Assembly: GCF_056712565.1 (NCBI RefSeq)
Contig: NZ_CM160072.1
Length of the DNA: 64,000 bases
Strand: one strand, 5' to 3'
The notes under the pieces: generated by a model
The model's database searches: none
What the model was told of the DNA's origin: nothing
The model's input: only the letters and a program-made list of their open reading frames with translations
Part shown: in pieces, positions 45,980 to 55,744 of the stretch
Layout: each line of letters begins with the position of its first letter
How positions within the stretch are numbered: the stretch's first letter is position 1
Made by a program: the position numbers and the translations under genes

Positions 45980-46932
45980 CGCAGACTTCCGCATTTCATT
46001 TTGAATCGCTGGTGTGGGACTGGCCGATTGCCATCTACCTGTTTTTGATTGGTATTTCTGCCGGTCTGGTGACGCTGGCCGTACTGTTACGTCGTGTCTA
46101 CCCGCAGGCGGGCGGTGCAGACAGTACGTTGCTGCGCACCACGCTGATTGTCGGGCCTGGCGCGGTGATCCTCGGTCTGTTGATCCTCGTCTTCCACCTG
46201 ACAAGACCGTGGACCTTCTGGAAGCTGATGTTCCACTACAGTTTTACCTCGGTGATGTCGATGGGGGTGATGCTGTTTCAGCTTTACATGGTGGTGCTGG
46301 TGCTGTGGCTGGCGAAAATCTTTGAACATGATTTGCTTGCCCTGCAACAACGCTGGTTGCCGAAGCTGGGGATCGTGCAAAAGGTCTTGAGCCTGCTGAC
46401 GCCCGTTCATCGCGGACTGGAAACATTGATGCTGGTGCTGGCGGTGTTGTTGGGGGCTTATACCGGCTTTCTGCTGTCGGCGCTGAAATCGTATCCGTTC
46501 CTCAATAACCCGATCCTGCCGGTGCTGTTCCTCTTCTCCGGCATCTCGTCCGGTGCGGCGGTGGCGCTGATCGCCATGGCGATACGCCAACGCAGTAACC
46601 CGCATTCCACGGAAGCGCACTTTGTACACCGTATGGAAATCCCCGTGGTATGGGGTGAAATCTTCCTGCTGGTGGCGTTTTTTGTCGGTCTGGCGCTGGG
46701 CGATGACGGTAAAGTGCGTGCGCTGGTGGCGGCATTGGGCGGCGGTTTCTGGACATGGTGGTTCTGGCTTGGTGTCGCCGGGCTGGGGCTGATTGTGCCA
46801 ATGTTGCTCAAACCGTGGGTCAATCGCAGTTCCGGCATTCCTGCCGTGCTGGCTGCGTGTGGGGCCAGCCTGGTCGGCGTGTTGATGCTGCGCTTTTTCA
46901 TTCTCTACGCCGGGCAGTTGACGGTGGCGTAA
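45976..46932 (+). CDS. nrfD: membrane quinol dehydrogenase subunit NrfD
   Basis: 318 aa polytopic protein; ATGA overlap with nrfC. Confidence 0.95.
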   Translation: MTQTSAFHFESLVWDWPIAIYLFLIGISAGLVTLAVLLRRVYPQAGGADSTLLRTTLIVGPGAVILGLLILVFHLTRPWTFWKLMFHYSFTSVMSMGVMLFQLYMVVLVLWLAKIFEHDLLALQQRWLPKLGIVQKVLSLLTPVHRGLETLMLVLAVLLGAYTGFLLSALKSYPFLNNPILPVLFLFSGISSGAAVALIAMAIRQRSNPHSTEAHFVHRMEIPVVWGEIFLLVAFFVGLALGDDGKVRALVAALGGGFWTWWFWLGVAGLGLIVPMLLKPWVNRSSGIPAVLAACGASLVGVLMLRFFILYAGQLTVA

Positions 46933-47011
46933 GCCAGAACAGAGGTGGTTTCTGGACGTATTCCTTCCTGAAGTCGGTTTTCTGGCGTTGTTGTTAAGTC
47001 TCGGGGTCAAC

Positions 47012-48670
47012 GTGTTGACCCCGTTGACGGCCTTCGCGGGAGTGCGGTTGCGCTGGCCTGCCATGATGCGACTCACTTGCATCGGCATTCTGGCGCAGTT
47101 CGCGCTCCTGCTGCTCGCCTTTGGCGTACTGACGTATTGTTTTCTCATCAGCGATTTCTCGGTCATTTATGTCGCCCAACATAGCTATAGCCTGCTGTCG
47201 TGGGAACTCAAACTGGCGGCGGTGTGGGGCGGTCATGAAGGTTCGCTGCTGCTTTGGGTGCTGCTGCTTTCCGCCTGGAGCGTGCTGTTTGCCTGGCATT
47301 ATCGACAGCAAACCGATCCGCTATTTCCGCTCACGTTAACGGTTTTATCGCTGATACTTGCCGCACTGCTGCTGTTTGTTGTCGGATGGTCCGATCCTTT
47401 TGTGAGGATATTTCCGCCCGCAATAGAAGGGCGCGATCTCAATCCGATGCTGCAACATCCCGGTCTTATCTTTCATCCACCGCTGCTTTATCTCGGCTAC
47501 GGCGGTTTGATGGTGGCGGCGAGCGTGGCGCTGGCGAGTTTACTGCGCGGCGAGTTTGGTGGTACCTGCGCCCGAATTTGCTGGCGTTGGGCACTACCTG
47601 GCTGGAGCGCATTAACAGCGGGGATCATCCTCGGTTCCTGGTGGGCCTATTGCGAACTGGGCTGGGGCGGCTGGTGGTTCTGGGATCCGGTGGAAAACGC
47701 GTCGTTATTACCCTGGCTTTCTGCCACAGCGCTGCTGCACAGTTTATCCCTGACACGCCAGCGGGGGATTTTCCGCCACTGGTCGCTGTTGCTGGCGATA
47801 GTAACTCTGATGCTGTCGCTGCTGGGCACCTTAATTGTCCGTTCTGGCATTCTGGTTTCGGTTCATGCGTTCGCGCTGGATAACGTCCGCGCCGTGCCGT
47901 TGTTCAGCCTGTTTGCACTGATTAGCCTTGCGTCTCTGGCTCTGTATGGCTGGCGAGCGCGGGACGGTGGCCCGGCGGTGCGTTTTTCGGGGTTATCGCG
48001 GGAAATGTTAATCCTCGCTACGCTGTTGCTGTTTTGCGCAGTGCTACTGATCGTGCTGGTGGGAACGCTTTATCCGATGATTTACGGCCTGCTGGGCTGG
48101 GGACGCCTCTCCGTTGGCGCGCCGTATTTTAACCGCGCGACGTTACCGTTTGCTCTGTTGATGCTGGTGGTGATTGTGCTGGCGACGTTTGTCTCTGGCA
48201 AACGTGCTCAGCTTCCGGCGCTGCTGGCGCATGCGGGCGTGCTGTTATTTGCCGCGGGGATCGTGGTTTCCAGCGTCAGCCGTCAGGAGATCAGCCTGAA
48301 TTTACAGCCGGGTCAGCAGGTGACGCTGGCAGGATACACCTTCCGTTTTGAGCGCCTCGATCTGCAAGCCAAAGGCAATTACACCAGTGAAAAAGCGATA
48401 GTGGCACTGTTTGACCATCAGCAACGCATTGGTGAATTAACGCCGGAGCGGCGTTTTTACGAAGCACGTCGTCAGCAAATGATGGAACCGTCAATTCGCT
48501 GGAATGGCATCCATGACTGGTATGCGGTCATGGGCGAGAAAACCGGAGCGGATCGTTACGCTTTTCGTTTGTATGTACAAAGCGGTGTGCGCTGGATCTG
48601 GGGGGGAGGATTGTTGATGATTGCGGGCGCATTGTTAAGCGGATGGCGGGGAAGGAAGCGCGATGAATAA
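47012..48670 (+). CDS. nrfE: cytochrome c-type biogenesis protein NrfE (haem lyase, CcmF-like)
   Basis: ORF-track ORF 46988-48670 (TTG) trimmed to GTG 47012 to give the K-12 length of 552 aa (GGGG SD 6 nt upstream); start is uncertain. Confidence 0.85.
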   Translation: MLTPLTAFAGVRLRWPAMMRLTCIGILAQFALLLLAFGVLTYCFLISDFSVIYVAQHSYSLLSWELKLAAVWGGHEGSLLLWVLLLSAWSVLFAWHYRQQTDPLFPLTLTVLSLILAALLLFVVGWSDPFVRIFPPAIEGRDLNPMLQHPGLIFHPPLLYLGYGGLMVAASVALASLLRGEFGGTCARICWRWALPGWSALTAGIILGSWWAYCELGWGGWWFWDPVENASLLPWLSATALLHSLSLTRQRGIFRHWSLLLAIVTLMLSLLGTLIVRSGILVSVHAFALDNVRAVPLFSLFALISLASLALYGWRARDGGPAVRFSGLSREMLILATLLLFCAVLLIVLVGTLYPMIYGLLGWGRLSVGAPYFNRATLPFALLMLVVIVLATFVSGKRAQLPALLAHAGVLLFAAGIVVSSVSRQEISLNLQPGQQVTLAGYTFRFERLDLQAKGNYTSEKAIVALFDHQQRIGELTPERRFYEARRQQMMEPSIRWNGIHDWYAVMGEKTGADRYAFRLYVQSGVRWIWGGGLLMIAGALLSGWRGRKRDE

Positions 48671-49046
48671 AGGGCTTCTCACGCTACTGCTGTTATTTAC
48701 CTGTTTTGCGCGCGCTCAGGTTGTAGACACCTGGCAATTCGCCAATCCGCAACAACAGCAACAGGCGTTAAATATTGCCAGCCAGTTACGTTGTCCGCAG
48801 TGCCAGAATCAGAACTTACTGGAATCCAATGCGCCGGTGGCAGTCAGTATGCGCCATCAGGTTTACACCATGGTGGAAGAGGGGAAAAGTGAAGTCGAAA
48901 TCATTGACTGGATGACCGAACGCTACGGAGATTTTGTTCGCTATAACCCACCGTTAACGGGTCAGACGCTGGTGTTGTGGGCGCTGCCAGTAGTGTTGTT
49001 ACTGCTGATGGCACTGATCCTCTGGCGAGTGAGGGCGAAGCGATGA
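48663..49046 (+). CDS. nrfF: thiol:disulfide oxidoreductase-like haem lyase subunit NrfF (CcmH-like)
   Basis: 127 aa; LRCPQCQNQ motif; 8-nt overlap with nrfE. Confidence 0.95.
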   Translation: MNKGLLTLLLLFTCFARAQVVDTWQFANPQQQQQALNIASQLRCPQCQNQNLLESNAPVAVSMRHQVYTMVEEGKSEVEIIDWMTERYGDFVRYNPPLTGQTLVLWALPVVLLLLMALILWRVRAKR

Positions 49047-49639
49047 AACAGCCCCAAATACCGGTGAAAATGCTGACAACACTCACGATTTTGATGGTAT
49101 TTCTCTGTGTCGGCAGTTATCTGTTAAGTCCAAAATGGCAGGCTGTACGTACGGAGTATCAGCGTCAGCGCGATCCGCTGCATCAGTTTGCCAGCCAGCA
49201 AACCCCGGAAGCGCAGCTTCAGGCATTGCAGGATAAAATCCGTGCTAATCCACAAAACAGCGAACAGTGGGCGTTACTGGGCGAGTATTATCTGTGGCAA
49301 AACGATTACAGCAATTCGCTGCTGGCGTACCGTCAGGCGTTGCAACTACGTGGTGAGAACGCTGAACTGTATGCGGCGCTGGCGACGGTGCTGTATTACC
49401 AGGCCAGCCAACATATGACCGTCCAGACTCGCGCAATGATCGACAGAGCCCTCGCGCTGGACTCTAACGAAATCACCGCTCTGATGCTGCTGGCTTCCGA
49501 TGCGTTTATGCAGGCGAACTACGCGCAAGCCATCGAACTATGGCAAAAAGTGATGGATCTCAACTCACCCCGGATCAACCGGACACAGCTGGTCGAGTCG
49601 ATTAATATGGCGAAATTGTTGCAGCGGAGATCAGATTAA
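49043..49639 (+). CDS. nrfG: TPR-repeat haem lyase accessory protein NrfG
   Basis: ORF-track ORF 48977-49639 trimmed to ATG 49043 ([13 protein letters not shown]...); 198 aa; ATGA overlap with nrfF. Confidence 0.9.
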   Translation: MKQPQIPVKMLTTLTILMVFLCVGSYLLSPKWQAVRTEYQRQRDPLHQFASQQTPEAQLQALQDKIRANPQNSEQWALLGEYYLWQNDYSNSLLAYRQALQLRGENAELYAALATVLYYQASQHMTVQTRAMIDRALALDSNEITALMLLASDAFMQANYAQAIELWQKVMDLNSPRINRTQLVESINMAKLLQRRSD

Positions 49640-49981
49640 TCATCTGGTGATGAAGATTATGTTATTGAGCTGCATAAAAAATAATCGAATGAACATATAA
49701 TCAAAAATAATCACCAATCAGTATTATTGCAGATTAAATAAATAAAAATCCTTCTATAACAAATGGTTATTCATTAATCCTGCCATAAACTCGCGTTATT
49801 ATGCATTAATGCAGCGAAAAGCTCTGTTGTTAAAGGGTTGCGCAACATACCGCGCAAATGATACTGATCATAAGCGTTAAAAAAATCTACAAACCAACGC
49901 AACACAATTCATGCCCTGGCAGTATGTCACGTTCTCGCGTTTCTGAACGGGGAACGGCGCTCCATTGAGGAAGTTATTCTG

Positions 49982-51295
49982 ATGAAAAATATAAAATTCA
50001 GCCTGGCCTGGCAGATTCTGTTTGCTATGGTGCTGGGCATTCTCCTGGGAAGCTACCTGCACCACCATAGCGACAGCCGCGACTGGCTGGTCGTCAATTT
50101 GCTCTCTCCGGCGGGTGATATCTTCATCCATCTGATCAAAATGATTGTTGTGCCGATTGTGATCTCCACACTGGTGGTGGGTATCGCGGGTGTTGGTGAT
50201 GCCAAACAGCTCGGGCGTATTGGTGCGAAAACCATTATCTACTTCGAGGTGATCACCACCGTCGCCATCATTTTGGGGATCACTCTGGCGAACGTCTTCC
50301 AGCCCGGTGCCGGGGTGGATATGTCGCAGCTGGCGACCGTCGATATCTCGAAATATCAGAGCACTACGGAAGCGGTACAAAGCAGTTCCCACGGCATTAT
50401 GGGCACGATTTTGTCGCTGGTGCCGACGAACATCGTGGCGTCGATGGCGAAAGGCGAAATGCTGCCGATCATCTTCTTCTCGGTGCTGTTTGGTCTGGGG
50501 CTTTCATCCCTGCCCGCGACGCATCGTGAACCGCTGGTGACAGTTTTCCGCTCCATCTCTGAAACCATGTTTAAAGTGACTCACATGGTGATGCGTTATG
50601 CGCCGGTGGGTGTGTTTGCGCTGATTGCGGTGACGGTGGCTAACTTTGGTTTCTCGTCTCTGTGGCCACTGGCGAAACTGGTGCTGCTGGTGCATTTCGC
50701 CATTCTGTTCTTCGCGCTGGTAGTGCTGGGAATTGTGGCGCGCCTGTGCGGGTTAAGCGTCTGGATCCTGATTCGTATTCTGAAAGATGAGCTGATTCTG
50801 GCGTACTCCACTGCCAGCTCTGAAAGCGTGCTGCCGCGAATTATTGAGAAGATGGAAGCCTACGGAGCACCGGCGTCGATCACCAGTTTCGTGGTGCCGA
50901 CCGGTTACTCTTTTAACCTTGATGGTTCGACGCTGTATCAAAGTATTGCCGCTATTTTCATCGCTCAGCTGTATGGCATTGACCTGTCCATCTGGCAGGA
51001 AATCATTCTGGTGCTGACGCTGATGGTGACCTCGAAAGGGATTGCTGGCGTGCCGGGCGTGTCGTTTGTGGTGTTGCTGGCAACGCTGGGCAGCGTAGGG
51101 ATCCCGCTGGAAGGTCTGGCGTTTATTGCCGGTGTTGACCGTATCCTCGACATGGCGCGTACTGCGCTGAACGTGGTGGGTAATGCGCTGGCGGTGCTGG
51201 TGATTGCCAAATGGGAACACAAATTTGACCGTAAGAAAGCGCTGGCTTATGAGCGTGAAGTACTGGGCAAATTTGATAAAACTGCGGATCAGTAA
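49982..51295 (+). CDS. gltP: glutamate/aspartate:proton symporter
   Basis: 437 aa; MKNIKFSLAWQILFAMVLGILLG...; preceded by a roughly 340-bp AT-rich regulatory region. Confidence 0.95.
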   Translation: MKNIKFSLAWQILFAMVLGILLGSYLHHHSDSRDWLVVNLLSPAGDIFIHLIKMIVVPIVISTLVVGIAGVGDAKQLGRIGAKTIIYFEVITTVAIILGITLANVFQPGAGVDMSQLATVDISKYQSTTEAVQSSSHGIMGTILSLVPTNIVASMAKGEMLPIIFFSVLFGLGLSSLPATHREPLVTVFRSISETMFKVTHMVMRYAPVGVFALIAVTVANFGFSSLWPLAKLVLLVHFAILFFALVVLGIVARLCGLSVWILIRILKDELILAYSTASSESVLPRIIEKMEAYGAPASITSFVVPTGYSFNLDGSTLYQSIAAIFIAQLYGIDLSIWQEIILVLTLMVTSKGIAGVPGVSFVVLLATLGSVGIPLEGLAFIAGVDRILDMARTALNVVGNALAVLVIAKWEHKFDRKKALAYEREVLGKFDKTADQ

Positions 51296-51369
51296 TTGAA
51301 GATTGCCGGGGGGATATCCACCCGGCAATGTGTGGATGCCTGACTGAGTAATAGCCTGATGTAGCGTGA

Positions 51370-51441
51370 TTTTTGTAGGTCGGATAAGGCGTTTACGCCG
51401 CATCCGACATCAATGCCTGATGCGACGTTTGCTGCGCCTAC
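51370..51441. repeat. REP element(s) between gltP and yjcO
   Basis: GTAGGTCGGATAAGGCGTTTACGCCGCATCCGACATCAATGCCTGATGCGACG, same REP family as at 40700-40905. Confidence 0.75.
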
Positions 51442-51442
51442 C

Positions 51443-52132
51443 TTAACCGTTAGTTAATTTTTCAAACTCTTCACAACCGGTATCAAATCCTTCCATACAG
51501 CTCAGATTCAACCAGTGCAGCGCCTTTTGTTTATTCTTCTCGATAAAACCCTCTTCACCGTTTAAGAACATCATTCCCGCCCAGTATTCGGAATAACCGG
51601 TTCGGGAAATCGCGGAGCTACGCTTGAAATACCAGGTTGCTTTGTCATCGTCGGCCTTAATGCCCACGCCGTTGGCGTAAATCAAACCAAGCAGCATTTG
51701 GGCATCGACGGCAGAGTCGTTCTCCAGATCTTCCGAGGCGTTTTCTAACAGCGAAATCGCCTTTGGATAATCCGGTTTACCCGCTTGCGTATTTACCAGA
51801 ATATGCGCCAGCGTTACTTCACCTTCTTTACTGCCCGCTTGCGCTGCTTTCTCGGCAAGCACTTTTGCTTGTGGATAGTCCAGACTGACCGGATTGGTGA
51901 TTTTGATCTGCGCCAACAGCGCACAGGCATCGGCATCACCGCTGTCGGCGGCTTTCTGTGCCCAATATTCGGCTTTGCTCAAATCGCCGGAGCTAAACCA
52001 GCTGTCGGCAAGAAAATATTGTGCGCGTCGGTCTCCGGCCTCTGCTGCCTTTAAATACTGGCTGCCAGGCTCGGAGTCGTTCGCGTGGGCAAAGAATGTC
52101 AAAAACAACATCAAAGTGATAATTTTTTTCAT
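51443..52132 (-). CDS. yjcO: Sel1-repeat lipoprotein YjcO
   Basis: ORF-track ORF 51443-52186 trimmed to ATG at 52132 (MKKIITLMLFLTFFAHA signal); 229 aa. Confidence 0.85.
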   Translation of the reverse strand: MKKIITLMLFLTFFAHANDSEPGSQYLKAAEAGDRRAQYFLADSWFSSGDLSKAEYWAQKAADSGDADACALLAQIKITNPVSLDYPQAKVLAEKAAQAGSKEGEVTLAHILVNTQAGKPDYPKAISLLENASEDLENDSAVDAQMLLGLIYANGVGIKADDDKATWYFKRSSAISRTGYSEYWAGMMFLNGEEGFIEKNKQKALHWLNLSCMEGFDTGCEEFEKLTNG

Positions 52133-52242
52133 TTTGATAATGAAGTTTGGTAGGGGAGAGACAGTATAAAGTGTTCGGGTGGACAAAAAAACAACTGTAA
52201 AAAGACCTGAAAGCAGAATGAATTAATGCAATGTCAGGTTTT

Positions 52243-52947
52243 TTAATCCATCCGATGTTCCCCCTTTTCCATGGCGTCGCGATCAAAAAATCGCTGAATT
52301 TTTCCCTCGGACATCAATGCCGCTCGATCAGACATATGCGCGATGACATCGGCATCGTGACTGACCAGCAGATATGTCATTTGGTGTTCCAGCTTAAGTT
52401 GATTCAACAAATTAAGGATTTCCGCTTGTACCGACATATCCAACGCCGAGGTGGGTTCATCCAGCAGAAGAAGTTGTGGTCGTAACAACAGGGCGCGAGC
52501 AATAACCACACGTTGCCGTTGACCACCGGAAAGCTGGTGTGGGTAGCGACGAGCGGCGTCGAAAGGCAAGCCAACCTGTTCCAGTGCAGTCTGGACGCGT
52601 TTTTCTATTTCTCTTTCGCCACGAATTTTGAGTGGTTCAGCCAGCGTTCGCCACAGAGTATGATTGGGATGCAACGAGGCATAGGGATCCTGAAACACCA
52701 TTTGCACATTGCGGCGGAGATCGCCTTGAAAACGCATTCCTGGTTTGATGGTGTGCCCAAACAGTGACACCTGACCGTGCCAGTCGCGCTGTAATCCAGC
52801 AATTACGCGCAAAATCGTGGATTTTCCGCAGCTTGATTCGCCAATTAAACTAAATGTCTCTCCGGCATTAACCGAAAAACTGGCGGCAGAAACTGCGGTT
52901 TTCTCAGCAAAAGTCACCTGTAAGTGATTAATTTCAACAATCGTCAT
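52243..52947 (-). CDS. ABC transporter ATP-binding protein (short, NikE-type)
   Basis: 234 aa; Walker A GESSCGKST; signature LSGGQRQR; Walker B LLLLDEPTSALD; no C-terminal oligopeptide-transporter extension. Confidence 0.85.
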   Translation of the reverse strand: MTIVEINHLQVTFAEKTAVSAASFSVNAGETFSLIGESSCGKSTILRVIAGLQRDWHGQVSLFGHTIKPGMRFQGDLRRNVQMVFQDPYASLHPNHTLWRTLAEPLKIRGEREIEKRVQTALEQVGLPFDAARRYPHQLSGGQRQRVVIARALLLRPQLLLLDEPTSALDMSVQAEILNLLNQLKLEHQMTYLLVSHDADVIAHMSDRAALMSEGKIQRFFDRDAMEKGEHRMD

Positions 52948-53770
52948 GGTATTTCTCCGGCGTCATTGCCGTCCTGTCCAGCGTCGGCAGCATCTGCCCG
53001 TAAGTTTGTGCATTTGGGCGGCAAGTCCACAGTGTGCGCGTGTAAGGATGCGTTGCTGTAGGTAGCGCAGCAGCGTGCATTTCATCCACCTTATTTCCCT
53101 GATACATCACCAGCACCCGATGGCAAAATTGGGCAACTAATGGCAGGTCGTGACTGATCAGCAACATTGCCATCTGACGTTGTTCACACTGGGTAACCAG
53201 CAGTTCCAGAATCTGATTACGCAGGCGCACATCCAGTGCTGATGTTGGCTCATCGGCAATCAATACCCGGGGATCGTTGATGAGCGCAATTGCAATCATC
53301 ACTCGCTGCCCCATGCCGCCAGAAAGTTCACGAGGATAGCTTTGCAGTACTCGCGTATTGAGGCCGACAGCCTGAATTGCGGTGTTTATTTTCTCTTCTT
53401 TCTCGCGGCGGTTCAGACGTTGATGGAGCGTAAGCGCCTCTTCCAGTTGCGCTTTTACTGTCTTTACTGGATTAAGCGCGTAACGCGGATCTTGCAATAC
53501 CATCGCGATATCGTTACCGCGCAACTGTTGCCATCCACGCGCGTTAAGGGTGAGTGCATCACGCCCCAGAATGTTAAGTGTGTCCGCGGTTACTACACCC
53601 GGTTTACGCACCAGCCCCATCAGGGCGCGGGCGGTCATGGACTTACCTGAACCCGACTCACCGACCAGCGCCAGACGTTCATTGCCTAATGTAAAACTGA
53701 CATTGTTGACGACCCGGGACTCCGGATAATCGACGCAGAGATTGTTGATACTAAGACGTGAGTCAGTCAT
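52934..53770 (-). CDS. ABC transporter ATP-binding protein (short, NikD-type)
   Basis: ORF-track ORF 52934-53830 (TTG) trimmed to ATG at 53770 (MTDSRLSINNLCVDY...); Walker A GESGSGKS; signature LSGGMGQR. Confidence 0.8.
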   Translation of the reverse strand: MTDSRLSINNLCVDYPESRVVNNVSFTLGNERLALVGESGSGKSMTARALMGLVRKPGVVTADTLNILGRDALTLNARGWQQLRGNDIAMVLQDPRYALNPVKTVKAQLEEALTLHQRLNRREKEEKINTAIQAVGLNTRVLQSYPRELSGGMGQRVMIAIALINDPRVLIADEPTSALDVRLRNQILELLVTQCEQRQMAMLLISHDLPLVAQFCHRVLVMYQGNKVDEMHAAALPTATHPYTRTLWTCRPNAQTYGQMLPTLDRTAMTPEKYHDDC

Positions 53771-54596
53771 GTTGAGGCTCCAGAACATCGCGCAAGCCAT
53801 CACCCAGCAGATTAAAGGCCAGACTGGCAATTAAGATAATTGCGCCGGGAGCGGCGGCAATCCACCATTGATCAAAAATGACCTGCATACCGTCGGCGAT
53901 CATGGCTCCCCATTCCGCCATTGGCGGGCGAGCACCAAGCCCAAGAAAACCCAGGCCAGCAGCCGCCAGAATGATACCCGCTAAATCCAGTGCCAGACGG
54001 ACAATGGCAGATGGCAGGCACAATGGTAAAATATGACCAGCCAGCAGACGCCTGCCGCGGATGCCCATCATTTCTGCGGCGGCAAGATAATCACTGTGTC
54101 GCAGACGTTGGATCTCACTCCGTGCCTGACGCGCATAAGCAGGCCAGGTGGTTAATGCCAGGGCCAGTGCGCCGTTAACCAGCCCCGGCCCCAGCATGGC
54201 AACAAAAGCAAAAGCCAGAATTAAACGCGGCATTGACATTACTACGTCAGTAAAACGCATCAGCACGCGTTCCAGCCAGCCGCCGTAGTACCCGGCTAAA
54301 ATGCCAATCAGCAGACCGACCGGGAGTGTAATGATTGTCACCAATGCCACCAGCCCCAGTGCCGGGCGGCTGCCGTAGATTAAACGTGAAAGTAGGTCTC
54401 GTCCGTAACTGTCAGTGCCGAGCCAGTGCTGACGACTCGGTGCTTGTAACCGCGCCGCCGCATCCTGCCAGTTAGGATCGTGAGGTGCCAGCCACGGCGC
54501 GAAGAGCGCAATTAGCATTAATAACAGGATAATTATCAACCCGCAAAACGCGGCGGGTGAATGGCGTAAACGGCGTAAAAAGAGAAACATCGGCAT
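53763..54596 (-). CDS. ABC transporter permease (NikC/DppC-type)
   Basis: 277 aa; six predicted TM helices; BPD-transporter region around AFAFVAMLGPGLVNGALALALT. Confidence 0.85.
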   Translation of the reverse strand: MPMFLFLRRLRHSPAAFCGLIIILLLMLIALFAPWLAPHDPNWQDAAARLQAPSRQHWLGTDSYGRDLLSRLIYGSRPALGLVALVTIITLPVGLLIGILAGYYGGWLERVLMRFTDVVMSMPRLILAFAFVAMLGPGLVNGALALALTTWPAYARQARSEIQRLRHSDYLAAAEMMGIRGRRLLAGHILPLCLPSAIVRLALDLAGIILAAAGLGFLGLGARPPMAEWGAMIADGMQVIFDQWWIAAAPGAIILIASLAFNLLGDGLRDVLEPQHD

Positions 54597-55645
54597 CAGC
54601 GTAACCTCGGATCGGTCAGCCGGACCAGCAGGTCGGTTAAGTTATTTATCAACACAAAGCAGACGCCAATCAGCAGCGTTCCTCCCATGATTGCTGTGGT
54701 ATCACCCGCGAAGAGCGCTGTAGTGAGGTAGCGCCCAATACCTGGCCATGAAAAGACGGTTTCTGTCAGTACCGCGCCTTCCAGCATTGATGTATAGGCG
54801 AGGGCGATAACGGTGAGCAAGGTGCCGCGAATGTTGGGTAAAACATGACGTAGCAAAATTGTCATCTCGCTGGCCCCTTTGGCGCGCGCCAGCAGAATAT
54901 ATTCTTTATTCATTTCGCCAAGACAGGCGGAACGAGTCAGGCGCGTAATACTGGCGAGCGAGAAGTACGCCAGTAATAAAACCGGAAGTATCAAATGGTT
55001 GATTGCATTGGTAAATGCCTCGCGATCGCCAGAAAGCCACGTATCAATCAGCGCAAATCCGCTGCGGGGTTCTATGGTGAATTGATAAATATCATCCAGC
55101 CTGCCCGGCCCGGCACTCCATTGCAGTCTGGCGTAGAACAGCGCCAGCATCAGCAGACCAAGCCAAAAAACAGGGACGGAATTTCCCAGTAGAGTTAATG
55201 TTCGCACGGTGAAATCCAGCGGAGAACCGACATAACGGGCGCAAAGTACACCCGCAATGACGCCGACAACAGCACCGACAATAAGCGCCAACGTTGCCAG
55301 TTCAATGGTCGCCGGGAATACTGATAGCAAGTCCTGGAGTACCGGTTGCCCGGTGGAGCTGGCGATGCCCAGATCGCCGTGTGCCAGATTCATCAGGTAA
55401 TGCCAGAACTGGACGGCTAACGGCTGATCCAATCCTAACTGGTGGCGTACCTGATCATAGGTGGACTGGCTGGCGTGATCGCCAACGATTTGTAGTACGC
55501 GATCGACCGGTGAGAGAGCCGAAAGCGCAAAGGTAATCAGCAGCAGGCCGAGTAGCGTCAGAGCAACGGTAAACAGCCCTTGCAACAGCGCGAGCAGAGG
55601 GCGCTTGCCTCGCCATCTCGCGCGAGTGGAAAAAACGACAGACAT
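54596..55645 (-). CDS. ABC transporter permease (NikB/DppB-type)
   Basis: ORF-track ORF 54596-55738 trimmed to ATG at 55645 (MSVVFSTRARWRGKRPLLALL...) because the intergenic stem-loop occupies the extension; start is uncertain. Confidence 0.75.
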   Translation of the reverse strand: MSVVFSTRARWRGKRPLLALLQGLFTVALTLLGLLLITFALSALSPVDRVLQIVGDHASQSTYDQVRHQLGLDQPLAVQFWHYLMNLAHGDLGIASSTGQPVLQDLLSVFPATIELATLALIVGAVVGVIAGVLCARYVGSPLDFTVRTLTLLGNSVPVFWLGLLMLALFYARLQWSAGPGRLDDIYQFTIEPRSGFALIDTWLSGDREAFTNAINHLILPVLLLAYFSLASITRLTRSACLGEMNKEYILLARAKGASEMTILLRHVLPNIRGTLLTVIALAYTSMLEGAVLTETVFSWPGIGRYLTTALFAGDTTAIMGGTLLIGVCFVLINNLTDLLVRLTDPRLR

Positions 55646-55691
55646 GATCTTTCCATACAGTGATAAATCAGCGGCTGGCCTGCAATACAGG

Positions 55692-55725
55692 CCAGCCCTG
55701 GTACCGCGCCCGGTAACAGGGCTGG
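55692..55725 (-). other. intra-operon stem-loop between the binding-protein gene and the first permease gene
   Basis: CCAGCCCTG-(16 nt)-CAGGGCTGG, 9-bp stem, read directly. Confidence 0.5.
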
Positions 55726-55744
55726 ACGCGAGTTGCATACAGGG

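Noticed and set aside
46087-47166. 359-aa minus-strand ORF (His/Arg/Gln-rich) spanning nrfD and nrfE on the opposite strand
   Set aside because: Antisense to two conserved nrf genes and low-complexity; the long open frame is explained by the codon bias of the sense genes.
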